From Tubulanus polymorphus (taxonomy: Eukaryota > Animalia > Nemertea): 64,000 nt of DNA. The translations under genes were made by a program, and so were the position numbers. Below, piece by piece: positions 29,101-40,551 of the stretch. Every line of letters starts with the position of its first letter. The stretch's first letter is position 1. The notes beneath the pieces are model-generated. The model had not been told where the DNA came from and did no database searches. It saw only the letters and a list, made by a program, of their open reading frames with translations. The stretch covers positions 20,715,910 to 20,779,909 of the forward strand of contig NC_134031.1 in the NCBI RefSeq assembly GCF_964204645.1. Reading direction: 5' to 3'.

Positions 29101-30207
29101 AGTATGAAATAACTTAAATTGTCTTATGCGAAATTTATAAATTCTCAATTTGTTAAATCTGATAAAGTGTTGGCCTATAGGCCTATCCGAGTTCTTTATA
29201 ACAGGGTTTCATCAAGTCAAAAGGGAGGATAATATAGGAAAGATTTAGCAGCAGACACGATCAAGGAATAGTCAATCAATTTAATCCAACCATGCATTGC
29301 CTATAGTTAGTGTAATAATCATTTATAGTGCATTTGTTAATATCTCAATGATTTAAGATAATTCTTTTTTGGCCTAGTTTCTCCAACAGTCTTATCATTG
29401 TTTACGTTTTATAGTTACATATTATGGACTATTATTCGACCAAATTCGAGGTTATCAGTCACGAGAACAATTTTCCTGCAATGACCTTTTACCTTAACGC
29501 AGAGGAGGGGCAAATCTATGGATTACATCCACAGGTTTGAGTGCCCTCACAGGTCTACTTTGTCAAAATGGGGCACAATTTTTCCAAAGAAAAAAACTGA
29601 AGACACATATACAGCACAGCCTATAGGCCTATATAGCATACAGTTCACTGCATTGTCGCAATAAGAATCCTGTGTTTCATTTCGTTGTCTGATTAATTCT
29701 ATAATGATTTCTTCATTGATTTTAATTGAATCTAATTTGATTTAATATTTCTATCCATCACGTCTTAGGCCTACTATAATAAAAACAACAGATTTGCAAC
29801 AAGGACTTTTCATCAATTGAGGATATTGTTTCTATACTGTTGCTGGATTTATACTGAAAACTTGGATTTAAATTCCACACTCTGAAAATGTGGAAATTAA
29901 AATACGTAGTAACGCTATCGGCACAGGTGCTGAGGAGGCTGAAGGCCCTATACGTCTACCATAATCTTCGGAAGAATTTATCACTGATAATCAACATATT
30001 TGTGTAAAACATTTTGGACGCAGAATAAAACATTTTTGAATCGGGTCAATAAAACCACACGTCATAGAATGAGACGAAGTAGGCCTATAATACGTATTAC
30101 TGGGCCTAGGCCTACTTCCCAAAAAGCTTCTGCTGTGTAATACAGAAAATTTAACACACCTTTGAGCAGCGTCTTTCTATAGGAGACGCAGGAGAAGTAG
30201 ATTCCAT
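2131..30207 (-). CDS. RGL1: Ral guanine nucleotide dissociation stimulator-like protein (RalGDS/RGL family; REM + CDC25/RasGEF + RA domains), ~670-680 aa
   Basis: Phase-consistent GT-AG exons on the minus strand: first exon 30160-30207 or 27746-27763; 18514-18606 ([19 protein letters not shown]); 14688-14887 ([25 protein letters not shown]); 11456-11700 ([13 protein letters not shown]); 10018-10148 (AEQLT); 8612-8827; 7583-7686 ([25 protein letters not shown]); 7327-7411; 7140-7235 (EGTAKFA); 6730-6971 ([20 protein letters not shown]); 6272-6322; 3849-3978; 3481-3606 (DTCIIKV..YKGIL, RA); 2960-3074; 2131-2288 (NVFYAM, stop TGA). The symbol is a family-level call; the invertebrate gene is probably co-orthologous to RALGDS/RGL1-3. 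Confidence 0.93.
2430..2593. mobile_element. MITE-like family with G-rich interior (related at ~23530-23612 and ~43480-43709)
   Basis: Imperfect TIRs CATTCATTTATTAAGTACGCA / TGCGTACGTAATAAATTAATG. Confidence 0.6.
3176..3455. mobile_element. Penelope-like element pLTR relics with hammerhead-like motifs in an RGL intron
   Basis: Minus-strand CTGATGA-T-GGCTAAC-AGTT-GTTAGCT-GAAAC at 3405-3435; a second copy on + at ~3176-3206; 3296-3372 is homologous to 35548-35625. Confidence 0.5.
5336..5634. mobile_element. MITE with perfect 15-bp inverted ends
   Basis: TATAGAGATCTTGCA ... TGCAAGATCTCTATA. Confidence 0.7.
11018..11430. repeat. 28-bp minisatellite, ~14-15 copies
   Basis: Unit GGTGACCTATATAAACACGGGTCCTAAC with a few A/G variants. 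Confidence 0.95.
12215..12655. mobile_element. Non-autonomous DNA element with CAGGGG(C)GGATTTAG-type ends (related at ~45187-45452, ~42740-42835, ~31270-31310)
   Basis: Left end CAGGGGGCAGATTTAGGGGGT and right end CCCTAGATCCGCCTC; similar ends recur elsewhere in the window. Confidence 0.5.
13825..14116. mobile_element. MITE family with AGCCRCGATCAC-type ends
   Basis: Shares GTCAAATTTGGCCCGTG and AATTTGGC motifs with copies at ~17910-18012, 18682-18917 and ~19620-19790. Confidence 0.6.
18682..18917. mobile_element. MITE, same family as 13825-14116
   Basis: Imperfect TIRs TAGCCACTATCACGTG / CATGTGATCGCGGCATA; the segment TTGTTTAGTATCGAGTGAGTGGTTT is identical to ~17927-17951. Confidence 0.65.
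19291..19433. repeat. 18-bp minisatellite, 8 copies
   Basis: Unit GGAGGCTCCTTACCATCG; explains the REAPYH and KEPPDG pseudo-ORFs. Confidence 0.95.
21180..21299 (-). mobile_element. tRNA-derived SINE head
   Basis: Minus strand GGTGAAGTGGCCGAGTGGGTTAAG (A box) ... GGGTTCAACCCTGG (B box); no complete cloverleaf. Confidence 0.6.
24339..25023. mobile_element. PIF/Harbinger-type MITE
   Basis: TIRs TGCTGGGTTCACACACACGA / TCGTGTGTGTGAACCTAGCA, flanked by a TAA duplication (24336-24338 and 25024-25026). Confidence 0.8.
25299..25778. repeat. 18-bp minisatellite, ~27 copies
   Basis: Unit GATATATGGGCTATA(G/C)AT; explains the DIWAID and YSPYII pseudo-ORFs. Confidence 0.97.
27746..27763 (-). CDS. Candidate alternative first coding exon of the RGL gene (MQPTEK)
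   Basis: ATG CAA CCT ACG GAA AAG followed by gtaaat donor; phase 0 matches exon 18514-18606; in-frame stops lie just upstream of the ATG. Confidence 0.5.
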
Positions 30208-30309
30208 TTCAGATCTGGGTTTAAATCGCCTCTGAACTTCTATTACACCTTACAATTACATCCTTAGACTTTGTTCAATTCAATTCATGATTGTGATTGT
30301 GAATAAATG

Positions 30310-30530
30310 GGTACAAGAACCCGGAAATAAACAAACGTGTTTACAATGCGCGCGGGTCGGGTATGTTTCACGTTGCTCAAAAATCAATGACGTCATTACA
30401 TTGCCAGTCTTGAACAGCTGTGGGTTCGAATCCGCATTAAGATCGTAATTTTCGTGGGTCATGGCATTCGCCGATATCACCGTGGCAATCCGTCGTGGCA
30501 CATTACGGATCTCCAGTTCGAATCCTAACT
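30310..30530 (-). promoter_or_regulatory. Probable RGL promoter region
   Basis: CpG-enriched patch just upstream of candidate first exon 30160-30207. Contains CCGGAA (Ets-like, 30321), a perfect CRE TGACGTCA (30388-30395), forkhead-like TGTTTAC, and two B-box-like GTTCGAATCC motifs. Confidence 0.4.
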
Positions 30531-31463
30531 ACTTCTAACTAATTTCCAATTCAATTCAATTTATTTTAATTCCGTGGTTATCAAAGTATAACATGCTGGA
30601 GCTCATTCATATTTATTTGGTAACTGATAAAGGGCTATCACGTAAAATTCACAATTTCATTGATCGGGAAAATTTACAGAATTAACTTTACGCACAGAAT
30701 TGCATTAACTGTATTTTATTTTTTAGAAAATACAAGAAAAAACATTCGCCAAGATAACAAAGAATATTCATTTTTTCACATATTCAAAAAGCACGGGAAA
30801 TAGAAACACAAATACATCAAACTACTCTCATAGTTTATCATTACAATTGTGAGTTTTTTTCAGTTGAAAGCTTGAATTTGTCTCTTCATTTGGACCAGTC
30901 TGTCTTAATGGATTATGTACAACTAACCAGTGCAAGATCATATAAAGTTCACTCACTCATAATAACAATTTTTTATCCAATAAGATTTATAAAAATGAAA
31001 CCACAACTATTTGGCTGTTGACCAACAGCCATCACCGGGTGGAATGGAATTAATCAACAGCCACAATTTTTCATTTCCAGTGAAATTTGTTTGAGATCTT
31101 TAAATTCAGTAAACCTCACCTTACTCAGACGGCCAACTTGGGGACTTTTGATTGTAACTGTAGGTAAATCATTTCAGTGGCAGGCAATGTGCTTGCGGGG
31201 AGATGTGAAATTTTAGGTAAATTCTTATGCAATTTTAGTGCATATCACTGCTTTAAAGGTTTTAGAAAAGGGGGGTTCGAACACCCCGAAACCCCCCTGG
31301 CTCCACCCTGGTGTCAGTGAGGTGAGGTTCACTCCACATACATTTGCTAAAAAAGTTATAAAGAAGTGTTTTTGATTGAGTTGTGTATTATTTAGTCTCT
31401 GAGAGGTAATTAACGTGATTCTAGAGTTGAAATGCTGATGATATCGACGGGTTCTGCGGCGCG

Positions 31464-33219
31464 TCATAGTTCGTCTTTTGATTTTTTTGTCGCCGGTCGC
31501 GGAAACGCCCAGAACGACGACGGTAACGAGTTCACGTCTCGTTCACGTTTCGCGAACGCCGAAAAACTCGACACGCAATTACCGATATAGTGATCGGCCG
31601 AGCCGAGAATCGCCAGATCTACGTGCGGCTCGGTCGGGAACCTTCGCACAACTGACACCTGAAAACAAAGATAGAAAAGAATATTTTGAAATCTAGGTCA
31701 TTTTATAGTTCATGATATTTTCGAAACTTTTTTGGTGTAAGCTGGATAAATGCTCTGGTCCAAGAAACAAGAATGAGGGGTCAATTAAATTGTCTACAGA
31801 TACAGAGGGATCCCAACAGTGATCACTTGCAAACAAATCATAGTTTTGTACAGCTTTACTCAATAATCCAATCCTTTTCAGAAAAATTCATCAACTGATC
31901 AAAGTTTTCGATTAGATTCATGGATTACTGATACATAAGCACACAGCTACAAAACGGTCTGGTAGTGGTATAAATACCATTTTGCTATTCTGAAGGAAGG
32001 ATGCAACTAATGATTTTTTTTTAAATTTACGTACTTTTGGTTTCATATTCTTGAAGTATTTCTCGAAATCTTCGATCATATAATCATGATCGGACGCGAC
32101 GAACAACGTTCTCGCTTTCAGTTTCTTCAAAATCTGTTTTGTTTGGTGTAAAACAGTTTTCTTCGAAGGGAAACAAAGATCTTTCGTCGGTTTTCCGTGT
32201 TCGAGATGCACACCGAGACATTGAGATGATGCAAACAAATTCATATCACTCGTTATGTGGGTACAAGCACCTTTCTGAAAGAAAAAATTCAAAGATCTCA
32301 AGGTTTAATGGATGCATGTATCAATTTACAGCTTTGTTTCGTAAAAAATACATTAACAATATAGGCCTTAACTATTCTTATTGCAAATTCTGATCGATTA
32401 TTGAAATCTATCAATATACCCTGATAGGTAATAAACATCGACACAAGTAGTACTATCTATAGGTTAACTATCTATTTGACGCGCAAGCTTTCGCTACTTA
32501 TGTACAGAAGCTTCATCGGGATGAGTAGTAATAAACATCGTAAAATATAAACAGATGTGTTACAACATATGGTGAAAATAGATAGCAAAATTGGATTTTT
32601 GAACAACTTCAATCAAACATAGTAAATATTTCACCGAGTTGAATCGTTTTTCCAAATAAATTCTAGTAAAATTTACTGGCTTGAGCAGTAGAGTAAAAGG
32701 AGGCGCCTAGCCTAATGTCGTAAATAAAACTTCTATCTTAAGCTAAAATAAAATGATACATTGATTAAGATATGAAATATGATGAAGACCGACATCATTC
32801 TTAAAAGTTCGGCACTTTCAATATGAATCTTACCCAGTCAGGTCCATTTCGTAAGTGTATCCCAACAAACGGGCCGTCGGAAGCAACATGTTTTCTGATG
32901 AATTCTTGAGCGAGTCTCTGTATGTAATTAGACCAGATCAGATATTTATGTAACTTGGCATTTTGTCTACTGACCGGGAATCGACCCGGGGCGCCGGTGA
33001 AAGCGAGTACCGGATACTCGCTAGCAGGATACCTGAAACAATTCAAATATTTCATTCGTTACTTAATTTCTAATATCAATTCAATTAAATCTAAGATCTG
33101 TACACTAACCGCCCCCCCCCCCCCACCTCATTGTTCTAGGCTGCAGATTGATTGATATCTGCATATATCTGTAATATGAACTAGATAGATATTGCCCCAG
33201 GTGTGTAAACAGCATTATT

Positions 33220-33279
<60 letters not shown>

Positions 33280-34790
33280 CAGGTGTCGTGAATTTGATTC
33301 GAGTGCAATCAAAAACCAATTGAAATCAACACCTGTTATTTAAACTAAACCCATCAGCAAATATTCATTTACCTCTTTTGCCATTTGTGCAAATCTGATT
33401 CGTAATCTAATCCTTCGTAAAATTCTGAACGAGTAAAATCGACGCCGTAAGCATCCCAAAACGGACCGAACGGATTGCCATCTTTTGCGTTGCAGTCATT
33501 CTTCTTCGGGCCCATTCTCGAACTAAAGCAAAACACTGAAAATAGAAAGAAATTCTACGTATGTTCATTGGCTGAAAAATTGATAGATTGCGTCTCATTT
33601 CTGCCGAGCTTTAAAAGGTGGCCGGCTGCCTTAACACCCTGGACCATAACACGGGTGGCAGATATAGAAATTAACTGATTACAAATTAAATTGCAGTTTT
33701 CAAAATGACCCGGCTGATCAGGATAAACAATATACCATTAGGATGCGCTAAATCAAATAAATAGTATCTATGAGAAATTCAGCAAACTTAAGGACATTAT
33801 TGCACACTAATTACGTACATGAATACCTCATTATTACATACAAGGTCTTTAAGAGCGCTGGACTGTATAACCCAATATAGCCGTCATATTTCATTACTTT
33901 TCTACCCACCTGTTCTTTTGTCTTCCGGCCAGACGGTCGCGGCAAGTTCCTTCATAAACTGTTCAGCTGTTATCACTCTGTGGTAAGATCGTAACGATTC
34001 GACGTTGAAATACCGATCAAAAGGAATAGCAACCTACACAAAAAAATACATTGAGTTAAGTAGAACTCGCTGCTATATCTCACAAATAATCTGACGCCAG
34101 GACATGTTATAGCCATGTGTTTAGATGAGTAGTTGGTTATCAATCCATTTTTAAAGCACTTCAGACTCCTGGTTATGTGACAAACTGTTTTTGGTGACAC
34201 TGTGGCAATTACCAGAAATTTTTTAGCTAAAGGGCCTAATCATAGATGTATAATTTCTTATTTCATCCAAAATATCAAAAATGAATATTCCCTTGACATG
34301 CGTTGGAAGTTTGGTATCCCAGGGGGGGCTGTAGGCTATACGGCTTGTGGTATGACAGTGTACATTACCGAATGTGAGGCATATTCCGGTGGATATTCCA
34401 CCCAACCAGGCAACACCAGCGTACGATTCAGTTCATAAGCGAATGCTAAACTACCGAGGAATTGATCCGCCTGATTCCCAAAACGGCCTGCAAAATTGAA
34501 GTACATCAAAATTATTCGAGGCAAAAATAAATTGTACTCGAGAAAATGAACATATCTTAATTTTCATCCCTTGTTGTCGTCATACATTTATACATTACTG
34601 ATTACATCTGTTGTAAACGTTGTTGAAAGAAAGTGAACGAATTAATTTTTTTGTTGAAATTACCCATGCAAGGACAGAACATGATATATCCATTCTTATC
34701 AATATCAACAGTGCTTGAAATGATGAAGAAACAGTTCATAAGCAACAGCAACGAGCTGTAAAACCAGCTACAAGAGACAGCCGACATCAT
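31464..34790 (-). CDS. POFUT1: GDP-fucose protein O-fucosyltransferase 1, 388 aa
   Basis: Exons 34664-34790, 34369-34487, 33910-34033, 33373-33535, 32834-33032, 32035-32274, 31464-31658 give 1167 nt in frame. Features: signal peptide, [69 protein letters not shown]-terminal KDEL. Confidence 0.97.
33223..33276. repeat. (TA)n microsatellite in a POFUT1 intron
   Basis: Pure AT dinucleotide run. Confidence 0.95.
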
Positions 34791-35547
34791 CGTGTTACTT
34801 TATCAGCTACCTGTCACTTCGAAAGTTTGCCAAGTTTGAAGGGATAGCCCGTGCATTTGCGTCATTATGGGAATCCACTGTAGGTGGCGATACTGTACGG
34901 TTTAGCAGCTTCGTGGCGGGCAAAGTGTCCCATTTGACGAGGGCCGGCCACTCATGCCTTTCCCTGCACTGAGTGAATTGGCCTACACACAATACTCGAC
35001 TGGCATTGAATTCCATGGCCAGGTAGTCCATATTTGTCGCAACGTAATGTCGCAGCTGAAACACTCCAATCCCTCCTAGAAGACCGGCGGCTGCTGTTCA
35101 GGGTCGTTCTGCTTTTGCCCGGAACTTGTTGCCAAGACGTCCCCTTCTACTTCCACACTCTGTAACAGTAAAACGGTCAATGTCGGTCGACGACGGTCCT
35201 CGCGTTGAGAACGAACAACAGTGCTTAATTCAGTGAACTCCCTACACAAACGCTTCGGTCCTTGTCGGCCCTCGCGTTGAGGACATTCGACTCGTCTTTC
35301 CCACGCGGAGCAATGTCGAGAGACGTCGGTTCCCGCGTTGAGAACCGAACGGCGGTGTTCTCTTCAGCGAACGTGAACGGTAGACACGTCTCTCTCGCTC
35401 AAACGATGTCGAGCGACGTCGGTCCTCTCGTCCATTTAGACCTTACCTGGACATCGATTACAAAAACACATGCCGAGTCAGTAGAACTAGGGAAACCAAT
35501 TGAGGATCATACCCAAAAAGTATGTGTATGTAGTCCTTCCTATATTG

Positions 35548-35996
<449 letters not shown>

Positions 35997-36227
35997 CTTT
36001 CAAATTTCCGTTGTAAAAGTTTTGAATGCACACACGATGTCTGCAATAGGCTATTTTTCATGACATAGATAGTATTAAATAGTTGACGTTCACGTTCAGA
36101 TAATTTGTTTCGCCATACAAATTGGTGACAAATTGGTGTAAATTTGTAAATTTATCGTCGTACAAATTAGTACTGATGCGAATGTTTCAGGAGAACTCCT
36201 GCAGACCAACCAGATTGTCTACAGATA

Positions 36228-37181
36228 ATGAACAAAACCCAAGTTTACGTTTACGATCCGGTTTGGGTGTTTAAATGGATCTGTATAGGGTACATTATAC
36301 CTTCACTAATCGTAGTCGGAACAACATTCAACGCGATGGTTATCGTTGTATTTCACAAACTGAAAACTAAAAATCGCTGCTTTGATTTACTGAAATACCT
36401 CGCGCTCGTCGACATCATGCTTTTATTGTCATTGTTTATCACAAATGGAGTTCGTTATTACATTTTCTACGCGCGATACGGTGACGTGATCATGAAATTT
36501 CCTAATGCCCGAATTTTCCCGGCACACTTAACCATATGGGGTAGTATGTTTGTCAAAGGATTTCTGGTGTTTCGAAATTTTTTAACTGTCATAATTCAAT
36601 GCGAAAGATTGGTTACTATCATATTTCCGCTACATGTAAAACGCAGCTTAAAGCCACTTATCATCATAACCGGTATATTATCATTGTTACTGGGAACATA
36701 CTACCCAATTCTACTGAGAGTAAAAATGGAAAGTTCATTTAAAGAATTTCGATTTATTCATTATATGTCTTACCTCCCCGAGGCCTCCAAACGAACATAT
36801 GCGATAATGAACAAATATATAGACCCCATCATACGAATTATCATTTCAAATGTTTTAGTTTTCGTTGCAAACATTGCTCTCATTATTGTCTTATACGTCA
36901 AAAGTAAGCACCGCAAAACTTTGTCAGCGTCAAAAATTTCATCGTCTCAAAATCAAACGAAAGCCACTAAAATGGTGCTCACAATGAGTATTGTATTTAC
37001 CGTTCTGGAAATGCCCGATTCACTCGGTAAGATCGGGAGAGGAGAGGCTTTTTACAAGGCTGTATTAAATCAGATCTACCAGGTTACAGCAGTCCTTAAT
37101 TCATGTGTGAATTTTATTCTTTATGTAATCGTGAACAAACAATACAGAAATACGTTGTTCCATTTATTGAAATTTTATTAA
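36228..37181 (+). CDS. Class A (rhodopsin-like) GPCR with intronless CDS, FMRFamide-receptor-like/orphan (GPCR1)
   Basis: 317-aa ORF with 7 hydrophobic segments; motifs GTTFN (TM1), YLALVD (TM2), CERL..I.FPL (DRY variant), FTVLEMP (TM6), NSCVNFILY (TM7). Confidence 0.9.
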   Translation: MNKTQVYVYDPVWVFKWICIGYIIPSLIVVGTTFNAMVIVVFHKLKTKNRCFDLLKYLALVDIMLLLSLFITNGVRYYIFYARYGDVIMKFPNARIFPAHLTIWGSMFVKGFLVFRNFLTVIIQCERLVTIIFPLHVKRSLKPLIIITGILSLLLGTYYPILLRVKMESSFKEFRFIHYMSYLPEASKRTYAIMNKYIDPIIRIIISNVLVFVANIALIIVLYVKSKHRKTLSASKISSSQNQTKATKMVLTMSIVFTVLEMPDSLGKIGRGEAFYKAVLNQIYQVTAVLNSCVNFILYVIVNKQYRNTLFHLLKFY

Positions 37182-37602
37182 GACTTAAATTTAAGACCCT
37201 GTACAGAACTGTAGAACTGGATCCGAGTCAAATTAAACCGATACAGCGGTAGAACTGGATCCGCACAATGGTGTATTGGTACAAACCGGCATCTCTTTAT
37301 AGGGTCCATGATTTAACCATCCCTAGGAACTCGTATATCACACATACAAACTGACCAGAGTCATGACCGTCAAGGACTCTAAATAGAAAATGTTGCCGAA
37401 ACACATGCATCCAACACGATCACATGATTTTTGTATTAACGAATATCCATGAAAGACAAGAGCTGATTTTCTTTGGTAAAACACACTGTATTTGTTTTGC
37501 ATAAGATAACCCGTAAAATCCATTGAGCTAAAACATTTTGATGACTTGTCTTATTAGATATTGTATCACAAGAATGAGATATGATGTTGTCTTCTTTCTT
37601 CA

Positions 37603-39598
37603 TTATGTTTTATAATGTTTGGGAAACAATCGACTAGATATTTGTTGAAGTACAGAACCACATTTGTCTCTGACTATAAGATCTGCGTGTTTATCACCTC
37701 TTCCAGCACCAATGTTTATAATACTTATCGGTTTCTTCTTATCAGCGGCTCTGCTTACAAATCGATATCCTGAATATACCTAGCAGAAAAAGATAATTGT
37801 CTAGAATCAGAGGATTTAAAGCAATCCAAGAATGTTGTCGCACTCTTAGCACCCAATTACACCCAGTCACTTGCCGGTTTAGACTGGCTAGAAGATTGTT
37901 TGAATTAACCGCAACCAAAATTTCAAATTTCAACCGCTGATCACTCAACTATATATGTACTTCAATTTCCGATATAAAAGTCAAACCCCTGTTTCGCTCC
38001 TGGCAGGTGTGGTGGGTTTGCAAGGTACACCAAATCAAATGAAATCTACAACCAGTCAAATTAATAACAGGGTCAATCTCAATTTCAAGATCAAAATTTG
38101 ACAATATTCTAAATTGATTTTTAGCCATAGACATATATACGGGTCCAGATGAGCTTGAAATGTTTTTTGATGCTACTTCAAACAAATAAACCTGATAAAT
38201 ATTAACTTTGGTTTGTCTGCAAATATTGAAGGGGAATTTCGATGGTAATAATTCTGGTCTGACAGATATTTACCTCTAAAGAAGAACCAACAACGAGAAC
38301 GCCGTCACTTTCTTCCACCTTCTCAAAGACGAAATCGACAATTTTGCGATTAACATTGTCTCCAAAAAATACAACTTCAGGTTTCAACGTATCGTTTCCA
38401 CAACTTGGACAAACGGGCATCTGAAAACAATACATAACAATAATCTTAATTTACTGGTGAAATATACCGCTACAATTCATGAACCTGATGATGGTTGTTT
38501 GTTAACAGCTATAACGTTATGGCGTCTAATTTTTGTCTTCAATTTTAGTTTTATTTGACTTCAGTTTTATCTATCCAATGGACTGGTAAATTCAAATTCA
38601 AGGATATGATGATAAGCTTACAGCAGCTGTACGGGCTAATTTTCTCCTTGGAAATATTGACAATTATTAACATGGTCTAATAGGGTTCACAAACGGTGAC
38701 TGTAAGTGAATTTTGAGAAGATCCCACATTCAGTTTCACAGCTCTTGGTCAAGTTTAAGAGTTAGATTTTAGGGTTAGATAAAAGATAATCTTAAAGGTT
38801 GACAAAGTTTAAGCTGAGGGCCATCTTCTTTTTCAAATGAAATGAATAGTTTTGAACCTGAAAACCGTCCACTTGCTCTTGAGAGAGTTGAACGTCTCCG
38901 TCAGGCGCTATTTCCTGAGATATAGCGCTCCAATCTGGATTCTGTAACTCGATCAGATTTTGAAGCTCATCGCGACTGGATTTAAACGAACAATCCTTCG
39001 TAATACACATCACGCGATGACTGCTACCGTGGAGTTCCGTAATGTTTTTACTTCCAGCTTTAAAATGAAGCCCGTCCACGTTTTGAGTGACGAGCCAAAA
39101 TATTTTATCTAATCGCTCCCAGTCCGCTAAAATTTTATGCCCGATGTTTGGAAGAAATGACGAAAAACTCGGCCATCCGACGTAATTTCGAGCCCAGTAG
39201 CGCCGTCTAGTTTGAGGACTCTTGACGAATTCCTGATATTTAACGGGTCTATTCGTCGATCTCGCGTACAGACCGACGCCCTCCGATCGGTAATCGGGAA
39301 TACCGCTTTCCGTCGAGAGTCCGGCTCCGGTTAAAACGAAAAGTCGTTCCGAATCGCGAATCATTTCAGTAAGTTCTTCCAATTTGTGCGATGATGAATC
39401 GGGCTTCGCTTTCGGAACAAACTGTGAACACAATTTAGCGAGATGTGGAGTCAAACCTTCACTGGAATATCGTTCTTCGATTTCCAGTAGATTTCGGGTC
39501 TGTTGTTGTTGGGTATTTCTTTGACTATAATTTTGACGTAAGTGCGTCAAACTCAATTGTTTTTTCAATCTAAGCATTGAATTCGAATTCAACCTCAT
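37603..39598 (-). CDS. SIRT4: NAD-dependent deacylase sirtuin-4, mitochondrial, 354 aa
   Basis: Exons 38858-39598, 38274-38420, 37603-37779. Motifs [51 protein letters not shown]4 loop [38 protein letters not shown]. The N-terminus is Arg/Leu/Ser-rich and presequence-like. Confidence 0.96.
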
Positions 39599-40178
39599 CT
39601 TTGAATATATTGACAGAAAATTGATGAAACTGTTGGTTATATATTGTCAAGTAGACTGAGCCGACTGGAAATTCACGTTACGTAAACAAACTGTTTACAC
39701 AGGGACGTGATTGAATAAAGGAAGGCTGTCCCTTTATTGCCACGACCTTCAATAAAAGTCAAATACAAATTCCAGTGCATTTATTCAGCAGAAAATACAA
39801 TATGATTCAATACGTTCTTTATTGTACTTGACTACAGTACAATGTAGGCGGGAGGCAGTCAAACCCTTTGCACGAATATCGGTGCAGAGCCCTAATCCGG
39901 CGTTTTTCCGGACAAACTGGACTGGGGCGATAAAGGACAATTGGGAATCCCAATTGTCCTTCCCATTTCACTCTGCTGTTTTTGAAGCCCATCACAAGCC
40001 AATCCATTACCGGGAGTCTTTAATGCCGAGGGGCGTGACTCTTGGACAAGTCACACGGGTGGCAACAGACTCTCTTAGAAAACTCAGCATCGAAATCTGA
40101 ATTAGTGAATCTACCCAACGTGTGCAACATGAACATCCGGCTTCACTGATAATAAAGTTGTAATTTTGCCCAACGTTA

Positions 40179-40231
40179 GATACACTGATACACTGATACA
40201 CTGATACACTGATACACTGATACACTGATAC
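40179..40231. repeat. 8-bp tandem repeat (GATACACT)n
   Basis: About 6.5 perfect copies upstream of GPCR2. Confidence 0.9.
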
Positions 40232-40551
40232 ACCGTTTTCAGTTTCTCCGATCATCAGCAGGTGTGAAATTTCTCCGCGTACTCAGTGTGATCCGGGGAC
40301 GCGCATGTTTCAGGCTTATTTTCTGGAAGCACGTGCTTCGTGATAAACTCGGCCTGTACGAGTCGACGTGGTGAATGGCGGTGCTTCGTTCTGGAAACGG
40401 GATCTTTCGATTTGTGCTACTTGAATAACGTTATTACTATGGACAGAAAAAGACGATGTTTATATCTAACTCTTTCTGCACTGCCACCCCGATCTTTGTT
40501 GCGGATACTATAAGCCAATTTGTTTCAACTCTTAGATAACCGCATACCACG

